Positions 41,108-52,847 are shown, counted from the stretch's first letter. The stretch: 64,000 nucleotides of DNA from Pseudomonadota bacterium (GCA_040387495.1 JAZKDQ010000001.1:124001-188000), one strand, 5' to 3'. Numbers and translations: made by a program. The notes: a model not told the origin generated them from the sequence alone.

Positions 41108-43936
41108 TTATTCCTTGATGTCTACTATCTGTGCAGCATTACTTGAATCATTTTGTTCAGTAGACTCAGATGAAGTGTCTAGACCTTCTACATTAGCTGC
41201 ATCAACGACAACCTCACCATCAATGATCTCTTCATCGTCGCCTTCAACAGATCCAATTCGACTCACCGCCACAACTTTTTCATCTGCATCAACACGGAAT
41301 ATGATAACACCTTGCGCACGACGACCCGTCATGCGTATGTCTACTACAGCGCAACGAATGAGGCGCCCGCGATCCGTCACAAGCATAATTTGATCATTCT
41401 CATTAACAGGGAATGTGGCAACTAGGCCACCTGTCTTTGCTGTTACTTGCATTGCATCGAACCCGCTGCTACCGCGATTTGTTGTTCGGTATTCATAAGC
41501 AGATGTACGTTTTCCATAGCCATTTTCTGATATAGCTAAAATGAATTGCTCACGCTCTGCCAGTTCTTGAATACGCTCTGGAGCGAGTTGAACTGTTGCC
41601 TCAACTCCGTTAGTTGAATCAGCTGTTTCGATCGTATCAAGCTCTGTCGGCTCATTTGAATCATCGGTTTGGCGAAGACGTGTTGCTGCTTTTAAATAGG
41701 CGTCACGCTCTTCCGTATTTTGTGCAGCTGCCGACAATAGAATTGTCATTGCAATAACTTGGTCACCATCGGATAATCGAATGCCGCGTACACCATTTGA
41801 ATCACGTCCCGAGAAAATACGAATATCCGTCACATTAAATCGATTGCAAATACCATGTGCCGTGCTCAGCATTACATCATCTTCTTCAGAACAAAGTGCA
41901 ACAGCAACAAGAGATTCACCTTCATCCATACGAATTGCTTTTTTACCATTTGGCGAAATATTATGGAAATCACTCAATGCATTCCGTCTTGTGTTTCCGG
42001 CAGACGTTGCAAACATGAGGAATTGAGTCTCTTGATTTACATCGTATGGCACGACAAGAATGGTCGTAATCTTTTCATTTTCTGACAGCGGAAGGAGGTT
42101 CACAATTGCACGGCCTTTTGATTGCGGCGATGCAAGCGGTAAGCGGTATACTTTCATGCGGTAAACTTGACCAAGTGACGAGAAGAAGTACACCTGACTG
42201 TGTGTATTACCAACAAACACGTCGCTGATGATATCTTCTTCTTTCATAGTCATACCAGATCGCCCACGACCACCGCGTCTTTGTGAACGATAAGTGGAAA
42301 GAGGGACACGTTTAATATAACCTTCAAGACTAACCGTTACTACCATATCTTCTTTTTGAATAAGGTCTTCCATATCAATAGATGAATCGCCTTCTTCTAT
42401 GTCTGTACGGCGTGCGCTTGGGTATTCATTTTGAATCGCAACAAGTTCTTCTTTCATAATGGCCAGTACACGTGGACGTGATCCTAGTATGATGACCAAT
42501 TCTTGAATCAGTGCCGTAACGCCTTCAAGGTCCGATTGAATTTTTTCACGTTCCATCCCTGTTAAGCGGTGGAGGCGTAGATCTAGAATCGCATTTGCTT
42601 GTGTTTCAGAAAGTTGGTATGAGCCTTCTTCAGGAAGTTTTTCTTCCATAAGCGCAAGCAAAGGTAAAACGGCAGATGCATCCCATAAACGTTCAATGAG
42701 TTGTTCTTTAGCTTCTGCGCGATCGGCTGCCGCACGGATAAGTTCAATAATTGGGTCGATGTTGCTAATAGCAATAGCAAAACCCATTAATGTGTGAGCC
42801 TTTTCGCGTGCTTTCCTAAGCTCAAATCGTGTGCGTCTTAAGATTACTTCTTCACGGAACTCAAGAAAGGCTTCTAAAATTTGAATAAGACCTAATTGTT
42901 CTGGTCTGCCATGCCTGATTGCTAGCATATTATAGTTTACGGTTGTTTGTAATTGGCTGTAACGATAAAGCTGATTCAAAATCACATCAGCGACAGCATC
43001 ACGTTTGATTTCAATGACAATACGAACACCGCTACGGTTTGATGTTTCATCACGAAGATCGCTTATTCCTTCTATAATTTTTTCTTTAACAAGTTCTGCT
43101 ATTTTCTCAACAAGGCGTGCTTTGTTAACTTGATAAGGAATTTCAGTGATAACAATGGATTGACGATCGTTCTTGCCCGTTTCAAAGTGTGCTTTGCCGC
43201 GTACAACTACGCCGCCACGGCCTGTACGGAATGCTTCATGAATTCCATGACGCCCAATAATAGTGCCGCCTGTAGGAAAGTCTGGGCCCGGAATAAATTG
43301 CATAATTTCAGGTAACGTTAGCTGCGGGTTGTCAATCAATGCACAGCAGGCATTAATTACTTCACCAAGGTTGTGCGTTGGGATAGACGTTGCCATACCA
43401 ACCGCGATACCGCTGCCGCCATTGACCAATAAGTTTGGGAACCGTGCAGGTAAAACTGTTGGTTGTATTTCTGTTTCGTCATAGTTTGGATAAAAGTCGA
43501 CAGTATCCTTGTCGATGTCTTCAAGTAATTCATGTGCTGACTTTGAAAGACGCGCTTCGGTGTAACGCGATGCCGCTGCAGGGTCGCCGTCCATTGAACC
43601 AAAGTTACCCTGGCCATCAATCAAGGGTACTCGTAAGCTGAAATCTTGTGTTAAACGAACCATTGCATCGTAAATGGCCATATCACCATGAGGGTGATAC
43701 TTACCCATCACTTCACCGACGACGCGCGCAGACTTACGGTAAGGTCGATTATACTCGTTTCCTGTTGCTTTCATCGCGTACAAAATACGGCGGTGCACTG
43801 GTTTTAAACCATCGCGCACATCGGGAAGAGCGCGTGATACGATAACGCTCATGGCGTAGTCGAGATAGGAGCGCTTCATTTCCTCTTCAATAGCAACAGG
43901 TTTAATATCAGTTTGTGATGGGTTTTGCGAGGTCAT
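41108..43936 (-). CDS. gyrA: DNA gyrase subunit A
   Basis: [33 protein letters not shown], active-site RYTE, GyrA-box QRRGGRG. Confidence 0.99.
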   Translation of the reverse strand: MTSQNPSQTDIKPVAIEEEMKRSYLDYAMSVIVSRALPDVRDGLKPVHRRILYAMKATGNEYNRPYRKSARVVGEVMGKYHPHGDMAIYDAMVRLTQDFSLRVPLIDGQGNFGSMDGDPAAASRYTEARLSKSAHELLEDIDKDTVDFYPNYDETEIQPTVLPARFPNLLVNGGSGIAVGMATSIPTHNLGEVINACCALIDNPQLTLPEIMQFIPGPDFPTGGTIIGRHGIHEAFRTGRGGVVVRGKAHFETGKNDRQSIVITEIPYQVNKARLVEKIAELVKEKIIEGISDLRDETSNRSGVRIVIEIKRDAVADVILNQLYRYSQLQTTVNYNMLAIRHGRPEQLGLIQILEAFLEFREEVILRRTRFELRKAREKAHTLMGFAIAISNIDPIIELIRAAADRAEAKEQLIERLWDASAVLPLLALMEEKLPEEGSYQLSETQANAILDLRLHRLTGMEREKIQSDLEGVTALIQELVIILGSRPRVLAIMKEELVAIQNEYPSARRTDIEEGDSSIDMEDLIQKEDMVVTVSLEGYIKRVPLSTYRSQRRGGRGRSGMTMKEEDIISDVFVGNTHSQVYFFSSLGQVYRMKVYRLPLASPQSKGRAIVNLLPLSENEKITTILVVPYDVNQETQFLMFATSAGNTRRNALSDFHNISPNGKKAIRMDEGESLVAVALCSEEDDVMLSTAHGICNRFNVTDIRIFSGRDSNGVRGIRLSDGDQVIAMTILLSAAAQNTEERDAYLKAATRLRQTDDSNEPTELDTIETADSTNGVEATVQLAPERIQELAEREQFILAISENGYGKRTSAYEYRTTNRGSSGFDAMQVTAKTGGLVATFPVNENDQIMLVTDRGRLIRCAVVDIRMTGRRAQGVIIFRVDADEKVVAVSRIGSVEGDDEEIIDGEVVVDAANVEGLDTSSESTEQNDSSNAAQIVDIKE

Positions 43937-43958
43937 AATCGATCTTTTAAATAAAACG

Positions 43959-43974
43959 TTAAGAAACTGTTAAC
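43959..43974. promoter_or_regulatory. Putative CtrA box upstream of gyrA
   Basis: GTTAA-GAAACTG-TTAAC matches TTAA-N7-TTAAC on both strands. Confidence 0.45.
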
Positions 43975-44116
43975 GGATGATAGCATGTGCGGGTGAAAAA
44001 TTCACGTGTTATGTGTTTGATGTTTATGATTTGAAATTGGTTTTGTCGTATTTTTAGTGTGAATGAGATATACTTATTTTCGGTTACAATAGCAGTACAT
44101 AATTTCTGGATTAAAT

Positions 44117-45055
44117 ATGTTTAAATCACTTGTCACATCATGGCAACAAAATCAATACCGGTTTGAGAACTTATATGCTGGGCGGCATAAGCTTGTGCTT
44201 ATGCTTCCTTATGTATGGCTTTCCTTATTCTTTTTTGTTCCATTTCTGATGATTCTTAAAATTAGTTTTTCAAAGGCGATGATCGGTATTCCACCATTTA
44301 TGCCTGTTTTTGAATGGATGCAAGATCATACTCTTCGTATAACGCTTGCTCTTGCAAGTTATAAAACATTAATCAATGATAGTTTTTATGTATCCACATT
44401 TGCTTCATCACTTTATATGGCGGGCTCTTCGACACTTATCTGCTTAGGGCTTGGTTACATGATGGCGTATGGTATTGTGCGTGCTGCGCCACGATTACGT
44501 ATGATTTTCTTGTTATTAATTATTTTGCCATTTTGGACATCTTTTCTGATTCGAGTTTATGCATGGATGTCTCTGCTTAGCGCACAAGGCGTCGTTAATT
44601 CGATGTTGATTCATATAGGGCTTATTGCCGAGCCGCTTGCTTTGCTTGATAACCGCTTTGCAGTATGTGTTGGTATTGTTTATTGCTATTTACCATTTAT
44701 GATCCTGCCGATTTATGCGGCGCTTGAGAAAATTGATACTTCATTAATCGAGGCTGCGTTTGATTTGGGATGTACACCATGGCGTACATTTTGGCGTATC
44801 ACAGTGCCACTTACGATGCCTGGAATTGCTGCAGGATGTATCCTGGTTTTTGTGCCGGCTGTTGGTGAATTTGTTATACCTGAGCTTTTAGGTGGACCAG
44901 ATACACTTATGATTGGCCGTGCTTTATGGTGTGAATTTTTTAATAATCGTGATTGGCCTCAAGCATGTGCTTTGGCCGTATCAATGGTTGTTATATTTGT
45001 TGTGCCAATTATGTTTTTCCAATGGCAGCACCAAAAGATGGAAAAAGATTTGTAA
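44117..45055 (+). CDS. potH: Polyamine ABC transporter permease (PotH/PotB type)
   Basis: LPFWTSFLIRVYAW, YLPFMILPIY, EAA.DLG loop, EFFNNRDWP. Confidence 0.9.
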   Translation: MFKSLVTSWQQNQYRFENLYAGRHKLVLMLPYVWLSLFFFVPFLMILKISFSKAMIGIPPFMPVFEWMQDHTLRITLALASYKTLINDSFYVSTFASSLYMAGSSTLICLGLGYMMAYGIVRAAPRLRMIFLLLIILPFWTSFLIRVYAWMSLLSAQGVVNSMLIHIGLIAEPLALLDNRFAVCVGIVYCYLPFMILPIYAALEKIDTSLIEAAFDLGCTPWRTFWRITVPLTMPGIAAGCILVFVPAVGEFVIPELLGGPDTLMIGRALWCEFFNNRDWPQACALAVSMVVIFVVPIMFFQWQHQKMEKDL

Positions 45056-45114
45056 AGAACATCTACCAGGTAAAATATTATCACTCTCGTTAATGAGAGT
45101 GATAATGCTGCAGT

Positions 45115-46398
45115 TTACACTGCCTGAGCTTTTTTAGGTGTCAATATACGCTCCTGAAAAACTGTCTTTGGCTTAAGTAGGCGTTCTATTAATATATCCA
45201 CTTTTTCCTTTTCTGAATTAAAGTAAGTGCGTGTAGCGCAAAGAATTGTTTCAATATTTGTCTGTTCTACATTATCCATTTTGGTGTCATCTCGACTTAA
45301 TAAGGGGGTTAGCCTTGTATAACTATTAAAATAATGAGATTTGCAGTATTTATCAGTTTGTAATGATTGTGCTTCGGTAAACATGCCCGATAAATGAGGT
45401 CCCCAACTGAGAATTCCAGCATTATGCATGTTTTCAATAAATAAAGGTTTATTTGCACGCCCAGAACCAATTGATACAATTTCAAATATCTCGGCTTCTG
45501 GATAAAGCTTTTTCGCTTCTAAAACCAGATCGAAAGTGGGGTTATTCGCAACAACTCCTCCATCAATTAGTGTATAAGTTCTTTGGCCGCGTGGAGTTTG
45601 AGGGTTAGTGTCCTTCGAAACGTTGCTAACTACGCATGGATCAAAATAGGTTGGAGCTGCAGAACTTGCAGTTGTTACATCAGCTTTTATAAATACTTCT
45701 CTGTCCCAACTTGTTATTATTTTAGGAATACGCATGTTTATATCATAGGTAAAAATCGCAGTGTGAGTTGTTGTATTATTTGTTTTATCTTCGCCAAGAT
45801 ATTCTTCAATGACCGAATGTAATTTCTGAACTTTGTATCTAGTTCCTAATCTGCCCCCCAAAGATGTATATATAGGCTCAAACATGTCAGGTAAACGTCT
45901 ATGTATAATAGAAAATAGATTTTCTGCAGTATATTTTGGTTGTTTTGATTTAGGTTTGCTGGGTGTTGTTAGGAATGTTGCAAGTAAAGCGCCCGCAGAA
46001 GTTCCCCCAATGAGATGAAATGCATTACTGAGGTATACATGATCCTCACTTGGTGAAAGTTCATTGAGCCTTTCTTCAAGTAATCTTATAATTTCAGCTT
46101 CTACAATTCCACGAGCGCCACCGCCGTCTAGGCTAAGTATGCGAACTGTTTTTCGTGGTGCATGTGTAAGCGCTTCCTCGCCCATGTGAAGAAGAGGGGA
46201 AAATGAAGTATTTGCTGGATTTTCCAATGTTATGCTTGACGGTCTGCTTGGTGAGTTAATTGATAGCATGCTTAATCGATTAAGTGCATCCTCGTTAAAT
46301 GGAGGATTTACTGATGCGTCAAGCATTGTAGTTGATAGGTAGGTAACTAAAGCTATAAAAATCTGTCTTGTAAATATTGTCTTTTGGTAACTCTTCAT
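45115..46398 (-). CDS. Patatin-like phospholipase with signal-like N-terminus
   Basis: ILSLDGGGARG, GTSAG, SSAAPTYF, DGGVVANNP; GAGGAG RBS. Confidence 0.94.
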   Translation of the reverse strand: MKSYQKTIFTRQIFIALVTYLSTTMLDASVNPPFNEDALNRLSMLSINSPSRPSSITLENPANTSFSPLLHMGEEALTHAPRKTVRILSLDGGGARGIVEAEIIRLLEERLNELSPSEDHVYLSNAFHLIGGTSAGALLATFLTTPSKPKSKQPKYTAENLFSIIHRRLPDMFEPIYTSLGGRLGTRYKVQKLHSVIEEYLGEDKTNNTTTHTAIFTYDINMRIPKIITSWDREVFIKADVTTASSAAPTYFDPCVVSNVSKDTNPQTPRGQRTYTLIDGGVVANNPTFDLVLEAKKLYPEAEIFEIVSIGSGRANKPLFIENMHNAGILSWGPHLSGMFTEAQSLQTDKYCKSHYFNSYTRLTPLLSRDDTKMDNVEQTNIETILCATRTYFNSEKEKVDILIERLLKPKTVFQERILTPKKAQAV

Positions 46399-46783
46399 AT
46401 TTTATCTCCTCTATTTAATATTTTTTTACAAATTATGCCTTGCAAAAGCTTAATTAGAGAGAGACAATTAACAAAGTGTTAATAAATTTAATAAGTGTTA
46501 AATTTTAATTAATAAATATTAATACTTTATGATTTCAAATATTTATTTTTTGATGTTCTTGGTTGAATAACAGGGATTTAATGTAACTAAATTTTATTTT
46601 TGATCAAGATGAAGGCGTTTTATGCCTTGCAATATCCTTTTGTAAAGAAAAATCTTGTGTGGAAAATATTAAAATAAATTAATTTTTTATAATTGATTCA
46701 TAAATTAAATGCTGTTTACTATTTGTTTACGCGATCTATGATATGTATTGAAAGTGAGTGGTGTCTTTTATAAAGAGAGTTTC

Positions 46784-47038
46784 GTGAAGGAAATTATATA
46801 CACAATTATTTTTGGTTTTTCATTAGGTATGTGTGCATGCTATTTTATTGATTGCATAAATAGTAATGAGAATGTAAGGGAGAAAGTTGTTCATGCACAA
46901 CCTAAAAGTATTAATAAAGAAATATATACTTTTATAGGTAATGTGCGGGAAAATATTAATGACGAAAGTATGAATTCTTTAGCCTTGCCAGCATTATCTA
47001 CTGAAGATGATTTTCAAAACCACTCTCAGAACATATAA
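46784..47038 (+). CDS. Small hypothetical protein with N-terminal hydrophobic segment
   Basis: GTG start after GAGAG; KEIIYTIIFGFSLGMCACYF. Confidence 0.5.
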   Translation: MKEIIYTIIFGFSLGMCACYFIDCINSNENVREKVVHAQPKSINKEIYTFIGNVRENINDESMNSLALPALSTEDDFQNHSQNI

Positions 47039-47055
47039 GCTGCTAAACTAAAGAA

Positions 47056-47889
47056 TTAGATATGAATTATTTTGAATAACAATAGAAATGCGGTTGTTAT
47101 GATGACTAAGAATAAACTATCCAATCGATCAAGAACTCCTCCATGGCCAGGGATTAAATCGCCTGCATTCTTAACACCAAAATACCGTTTGACCAATGAT
47201 TCAATTAAGTCTCCACTGTGGCCGGCAAGTGAGAGTAAACAAATAAGTGCTGCAGTAGGGATTGTTGATGAAAGAGATATTTCAAACGCCTTTAAAAGGT
47301 ATTGCCCTACAATAATTGCTGTAACAATTCCACCAATGAAACCAGACCATGTCTTGTTAGGACTGATTCGTGGGCATAGCTTAGGCCCTTTTATGGTTTT
47401 ACCGATAAGATAGGCACCGCTGTCAGTTGCCCATACTATTCCATAAAGCCACAAAAGAAAGAGAGGGCTTTTTGCGCTATATTGACTTATTTGCACAAAA
47501 CACTCTACGGATGCTGTTATGTAACATAAGCCACCTAAAAAGATTGCCCAACGATGTGCTGACGGTAATGCTAATGTTGGATATTGAAAATAAAGAGCCC
47601 CAATAAATACCAAGGAAGAAACCATTTTTATATACGTTACATCTACGCTGCAGTGATAGATTGCTAATCCAATTAAAGCCGCAAGACAAAATGGATGAAA
47701 TATGCTGTTTGTTGAAAGTCGTGACCATTCACGTAACGCGCATATGAATACGAAGGTAAGCACGCTATAAAAAATCCATCCACCAGTATGGGTTACCCAT
47801 AAAAAAAATGGGATCAAAATGACGGCGCTGAGTACACGAGCTAATAATTCAAATTGTGGCTGCATTAAATGTGACTTCTTAAGCGACAT
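47056..47889 (-). CDS. cdsA: Phosphatidate cytidylyltransferase
   Basis: WATDSGAY, ISPNKTWSG, GDLIES.VKR..GVK..G.LIPGHGGVLDRLD; start approximate. Confidence 0.95.
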   Translation of the reverse strand: MSLKKSHLMQPQFELLARVLSAVILIPFFLWVTHTGGWIFYSVLTFVFICALREWSRLSTNSIFHPFCLAALIGLAIYHCSVDVTYIKMVSSLVFIGALYFQYPTLALPSAHRWAIFLGGLCYITASVECFVQISQYSAKSPLFLLWLYGIVWATDSGAYLIGKTIKGPKLCPRISPNKTWSGFIGGIVTAIIVGQYLLKAFEISLSSTIPTAALICLLSLAGHSGDLIESLVKRYFGVKNAGDLIPGHGGVLDRLDSLFLVIITTAFLLLFKIIHI

Positions 47890-48610
47890 CGAGACCATAG
47901 CGGCGCTCTCGATTTTTGAATTCATAAACTGCTTTCTCGAAATGTTCTTCTGTAAAGTCTGGCCATAAAACGTCACTAAAAACAAGTTCTGTGTACGCAA
48001 TTTGCCATAATAAATAATTACTGATGCGTTTTTCGCCACTTGTTCTAATAAACAGGTCAGGGTCTGGAATGTTGGTTGTATCAAGGTACTGCTCAAACGA
48101 TTTGTCGTCAATTGAGTCCAACACACCACTTTTAGCATCTTTAATGATCGTATTAACAGCGCGTACAATCTCATCTCGGCCACTGTAGCTTAAGGCAAGA
48201 ATTACGGTTATGCCCGTGTTATCCTTTGTTTTTTCTTCGGCTTTAGTAAGAAGATTTTGTATTTGGAGAGGTAAACGATAGCGATCGCCAATAGCTTTTA
48301 AACGTACATTTTTTTTATGAAGATGATTGATTTCATTTTCAAGGTACCATGCTAAAAGACCGAAAAGTTCACTAATCCAACGCTCATCACGACGCCAGTT
48401 TTCAGATGAAAACGTATAAAGTGTAAGGTATTCAATATTTTGTTTTGCTGCAGCTTCTGTAATTCTGCGCGCTGCTTCAGCACCAGCTTTATGCCCAGCA
48501 ATTGTTGGAAGGTTTTTTCTTTTTGCCCATCTTCCATTGCCATCCATGATAATAGCAACGTGACGAAGTGGGTTTTTTTCTATAGGGGGAGTGTTTAACA
48601 CAGGCAACAA
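47879..48610 (-). CDS. uppS: Undecaprenyl diphosphate synthase
   Basis: HVAIIMDGNGRWA, FSSENW.R, IRTSGE.RISNYLLWQ. Confidence 0.98.
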   Translation of the reverse strand: MLPVLNTPPIEKNPLRHVAIIMDGNGRWAKRKNLPTIAGHKAGAEAARRITEAAAKQNIEYLTLYTFSSENWRRDERWISELFGLLAWYLENEINHLHKKNVRLKAIGDRYRLPLQIQNLLTKAEEKTKDNTGITVILALSYSGRDEIVRAVNTIIKDAKSGVLDSIDDKSFEQYLDTTNIPDPDLFIRTSGEKRISNYLLWQIAYTELVFSDVLWPDFTEEHFEKAVYEFKNRERRYGLDVA

Positions 48611-48809
48611 ATATTATTTTAATGAATAGATTATGAACTGATCAAACAGCATCTGAAGCGTTACGTCAAGTTTTTCTTAACAATTAGTGTTGTTTTACAC
48701 AATAAAGATATGTGTTTCTCATTGTTTTGCATGAAAATGATGTTTTTTTGCCAATAGCACACAAAAGCATGCTAAAAAATAAGGGTGATCCTTTTAACTC
48801 AACGTTATT

Positions 48810-49919
48810 ATGCTAAGTTACTTATTAAAACGAATTTTGCTTATGATTCCAACATTATTTGGCATTATGCTTATAAATTTTATCATTATTCAAGCGGCTC
48901 CTGGCGGGCCAGTGCAGCAAATCCTTTCTAAGATGCGTGGTCAGTCATCAGATATTGATATGCGCTTTGGTGGAGGCGGTGATGATATGATGGCAGGTGG
49001 AGCAAGTGCTGGATTTGCAGGAGATCACATGTCTGCTTATAAAGGCGCACAGGGTATTGACCCTGCTTTTATAAAAGAACTTGAAAAACAGTTTGGCTTT
49101 GATAAGCCTGCGCATGAACGTTTTATTCTAATGATCAAAAATTATATAACGTTTGATTTCGGCAAAAGTTATTTTAGTGATCAGACAGTTGTCTCACTCG
49201 TGTGTGAAAAGTTGCCAGTGTCAATTTCTCTTGGTTTATGGACGACACTCTTTGTTTATCTTATTTCAATTCCTTTAGGCGTAGCAAAAGCAGTGCGCGA
49301 TGGTACGCAATTTGATGTGTGGACAAGTGCTCTCGTGATTATTGCATACGCGGTTCCAAGTTTTTTGTTCGCATTATTCCTTATTATTGTTTTTTCAGGC
49401 GGCAGCTTTTTCAGTATTTTTCCATTGCGGGGATTAGTTTCTGATTACCATGATAAATTGTCCTGGTTTGGACAAATTAAAGATTATTTTTGGCATTTGG
49501 CCTTACCTTTAACAGCTATGATCATGAGTGGTTTTGCAAAATTAACATTGCTTACAAAAAATTCATTTTTGGAAGAAATTAATAAACAGTATGTCGTAAC
49601 GGCACGTGCTAAAGGCGCGCCTCGCCAACGTGTACTCTACAACCATATTTTTAGAAACGCCATGCTGATTGTTATTGCTGGCTTTCCAGCAGCATTTATC
49701 GCGGTTTTGTTTACATCATCTTTGCTGATTGAGGTTTTGTTTTCGCTTGATGGGCTTGGTTTACTTGGTTTTGAGGCGGCGTTAAGTCGAAATTATCCTG
49801 TGATGTTTGGTACTCTGTATATGTTTACATTGCTAGGGATGATGCTCCATTTGTTGGGTGATGTGTGTTATATGTTAGTTGATCGACGGATTGATTTGTC
49901 TGTCAGTCGTGGTCATTGA
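48810..49919 (+). CDS. yejB: Peptide/microcin C ABC transporter permease
   Basis: IIQAAPGGPV, GFDKPAHERF, LTKNSFLEEI.KQYV.TARAKG. Confidence 0.92.
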   Translation: MLSYLLKRILLMIPTLFGIMLINFIIIQAAPGGPVQQILSKMRGQSSDIDMRFGGGGDDMMAGGASAGFAGDHMSAYKGAQGIDPAFIKELEKQFGFDKPAHERFILMIKNYITFDFGKSYFSDQTVVSLVCEKLPVSISLGLWTTLFVYLISIPLGVAKAVRDGTQFDVWTSALVIIAYAVPSFLFALFLIIVFSGGSFFSIFPLRGLVSDYHDKLSWFGQIKDYFWHLALPLTAMIMSGFAKLTLLTKNSFLEEINKQYVVTARAKGAPRQRVLYNHIFRNAMLIVIAGFPAAFIAVLFTSSLLIEVLFSLDGLGLLGFEAALSRNYPVMFGTLYMFTLLGMMLHLLGDVCYMLVDRRIDLSVSRGH

Positions 49920-49929
49920 GTTTTAGCTT

Positions 49930-50709
49930 ATGTATCTTATTCCTTTTCCTATGATTAATCCTGTTGCACTTGATCTTGGTTTGATTTCCATTCACTGGTA
50001 CGGCATTGCCTATCTCGTTGGTATTTCTTTGGCATGGTTTTATGCACGCCGAATTACGCATGTTTTTGATCTTGCACAAAAAGATTTTGACGATTTTATT
50101 ACCTGGGCAGTTGTAGGGATTATCCTTGGTGGGCGTTTAGGGTATGTGTTATTTTACGATCCGATGCATTTTTTAGAAAACCCTTTAGAGATTCTTAAAA
50201 CACGTCAGGGCGGAATGGCCTTTCATGGCGGGCTGCTTGGGGTTGTTATCGCCACCATTTTTTATTGCCGTAAAATGAAAATCCCATTGATGCGTTTTGG
50301 TGATTTACTTGCAGTTGTATCCCCAATTGGTCTTTTTCTAGGTCGTATAGCTAATTTTATTAATGCGGAGCATTTTGGGCGCCCAACCGATGTCGCATGG
50401 GCGGTGATTTTTCCAAGAAGTGATGGTTTGCCACGGCACCCAAGTCAATTATACGAGGCAATAGGCGAGGGGCTTATTATTGGCCTTTTAACTTGGATTT
50501 TGCTTAGCAGGTTTGCTAAAACACCTGGTCGTTTGTCAGGTCTTTTTATGGTGTCGTATGGTATGATTCGTTTCGGGATTGAGTATTTCAGGCATCCTGA
50601 TGGCTTTTTATCGCTTGGCTTTATGACGCTAACGTTAGGGCAAGCGTTGTGTGTGCCGATGGTGATCGTGGGCGTGTATTGGCTAAGAAGAGATGTTGTG
50701 CGTTCTTAA
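49930..50709 (+). CDS. lgt: Prolipoprotein diacylglyceryl transferase
   Basis: WYG, GGRLGYVLFY, GGMAFHGG, GRIANFINAE..GR, RHPSQLYEA. Confidence 0.97.
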   Translation: MYLIPFPMINPVALDLGLISIHWYGIAYLVGISLAWFYARRITHVFDLAQKDFDDFITWAVVGIILGGRLGYVLFYDPMHFLENPLEILKTRQGGMAFHGGLLGVVIATIFYCRKMKIPLMRFGDLLAVVSPIGLFLGRIANFINAEHFGRPTDVAWAVIFPRSDGLPRHPSQLYEAIGEGLIIGLLTWILLSRFAKTPGRLSGLFMVSYGMIRFGIEYFRHPDGFLSLGFMTLTLGQALCVPMVIVGVYWLRRDVVRS

Positions 50710-52847
50710 ATTCGATCAACAGACAAAATCGCTGGCACAGAACGCAGAGATGCTTTTAATGTTGATAAATGGTCAACGTCTTTGACTTCAACGTCAACGA
50801 ATAGATCCCAGAAATCCATCGTTCTGTTGGTAACTTTCAAGTTAACAATATCCGCAGATTGCTTGCTAATAGTTGTCGTCATGGCAGCTAGGCTACCTGG
50901 TTTATTAATAAATGTGACCTTAAGGCGCCCAACATGACGGTAATTATGTTTTTGTCCGTGTATTTCGTGCCATGCCAAATCAAGTACACGTTCGGGGTCT
51001 GGAATAGTCGTAATAACTTCGCAATCATGCGTATGGATCGTAACGCCTTTGCCTGTAACGACAACGCCAACGATGTTATCTCCAGGTAAAGGATGGCAGC
51101 AACCTGCGAAATGTACAGACATTCCTGAAATAAGCCCTTCAATAAACTGTGCAGGGTCATGAACAATTGTCTTTGCTGTTGTATTTTTTGCTTCTAGTAC
51201 ATTTGGCTCTTTTTTTGTACGTGGTATTTCAGGGCCGATGGCTGTGAGTACTTCTTTTGGAGACTGAATTCCTTCACCAATGGCTGCATATAAATCATCC
51301 AACATTAAATAGTGGAATTTCCCAAGAATCTTGGTAAAGCTCTTTTCGTTAAATGTCTGGTTCTCTTTTATACATGCTTTTTGAAGAAGTGATTTTCCAA
51401 GCTCGCTATATTGTTGTCGTTGTTGCCCCCGTATAAAACGACGTATGCAGGCGCGTGCTTTTCCTGTAACAACAAAACGTTCCCATGTTGGAGAAGGGCT
51501 TTGCGCCTTTGCCGTGATAATTTCAACCTGGTCACCATTTTTAAGTTGTGTACGAAGTGGCATTTGCCTGCCATTTATTTTTACACCAACTGTACGATTG
51601 CCAATTTCTGAGTGGATAGCATATGCAAAATCGACGGGTGTCGCACCACCTGGCAAATTGATAAGTTCGCCTTTGGGGGTAAAACAAAATACTTGATCTT
51701 GAAACATTTCAAGTTTTGTATGTTCCAAAAATTCATCAGGGCTTGACGCATGCTCTAAGATCTCTAAAAGACCACGGAGCCATGCATATTGCTTGCCATC
51801 ATGCATTTTATTGCCTTGTTTGTATTGCCAGTGTGCTGCCACACCATTTTCACAAACATCATGCATGTCGGATGTTCTGATTTGGATTTCAATACGTTGA
51901 TTTAATGGACCAATAAGACATGTATGCAGTGATTGATAATTATTTGGTTTTGGTGTGCTGATATAGTCTTTAAAACGTCCTGGCACAACCATGTAATGGC
52001 TATGCATGATGCCAAGGGCCTGGTAACATTCCGATGCTGATCCAACCAAAATACGGAAAGCCATAATATCGGATAGCTGCTCTAATGTTACATTTTTTTG
52101 CTGCATTTTACGCCAAATAGAATAAGGCGTTTTAAGGCGACCGCTTATGGTGCATTTTAAATCAAATGTTAGAGCAACCTTTTTAACGTCTTCTATAATC
52201 AGGTTAATTGTATCAACCGAAGCTTGGTAGATAAATTTGAGCCTACTTTTTATGGATTCATAAATATCGGGTTGAAGTTGACCAAAAGCGAGATCCTCAA
52301 GCTCATCTTTGATCCAATGTATACCCATTCGTTCAGCGAGAGGAGCATAGATTTCAATCGTTTCGTGTGCAATGCGCCGACGTTTTTCTTCAGAAGAAAT
52401 ATGATGTAGCGTTCGCATGTTGTGCAAACGATCCGCTAACTTAACGAGCAGGACACGGATGTCACTTGACATTGCGAGTACAAGTTTACGAAAGTTCTCG
52501 GCTTGCTTGGTTGCTTCAGATTGTAATTCTAGTTTGGATAATTTTGTTACACCATTAACAAGCTGTGCAATTTCAACACCAAAGTAGGCTTCTATTTCTT
52601 CGATTGTTGCAACTGTATCTTCAACTGTGTCATGAAGCAAACCGGTAGCAATAGATTGACTATCAAGCTTGAGTTCAGTTAAGATGCCGGCCACTTCAAT
52701 AGGATGTGAAAAATAAGGATCGCCTGAATCGCGCACTTGACAGCCATGGCTCTTAACTGAAAAAACATAGGCACGGTTGATAAGATCTTCATCAACTGAT
52801 GGATCGTAGGCCCTTAATCGTTCAACCAGCTCAAATTGACGTAACAC
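50706..52847 (-). CDS. spoT: Bifunctional (p)ppGpp synthetase/hydrolase (Rel/SpoT)
   Basis: HD motif LLHDTVED, KLADRLHNMRT, KDYISTPK.N.YQSLHT, TGS, CC and ACT domains; GTG start. Confidence 0.97.
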   Translation of the reverse strand: MLRQFELVERLRAYDPSVDEDLINRAYVFSVKSHGCQVRDSGDPYFSHPIEVAGILTELKLDSQSIATGLLHDTVEDTVATIEEIEAYFGVEIAQLVNGVTKLSKLELQSEATKQAENFRKLVLAMSSDIRVLLVKLADRLHNMRTLHHISSEEKRRRIAHETIEIYAPLAERMGIHWIKDELEDLAFGQLQPDIYESIKSRLKFIYQASVDTINLIIEDVKKVALTFDLKCTISGRLKTPYSIWRKMQQKNVTLEQLSDIMAFRILVGSASECYQALGIMHSHYMVVPGRFKDYISTPKPNNYQSLHTCLIGPLNQRIEIQIRTSDMHDVCENGVAAHWQYKQGNKMHDGKQYAWLRGLLEILEHASSPDEFLEHTKLEMFQDQVFCFTPKGELINLPGGATPVDFAYAIHSEIGNRTVGVKINGRQMPLRTQLKNGDQVEIITAKAQSPSPTWERFVVTGKARACIRRFIRGQQRQQYSELGKSLLQKACIKENQTFNEKSFTKILGKFHYLMLDDLYAAIGEGIQSPKEVLTAIGPEIPRTKKEPNVLEAKNTTAKTIVHDPAQFIEGLISGMSVHFAGCCHPLPGDNIVGVVVTGKGVTIHTHDCEVITTIPDPERVLDLAWHEIHGQKHNYRHVGRLKVTFINKPGSLAAMTTTISKQSADIVNLKVTNRTMDFWDLFVDVEVKDVDHLSTLKASLRSVPAILSVDRI

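Noticed and set aside
3704..48183. Long apparent overlaps from extended N-termini of dsbB, znuB, bcp, dusB and cdsA in the ORF track
   Set aside because: Result of choosing the most upstream start; downstream starts give ordinary short overlaps.
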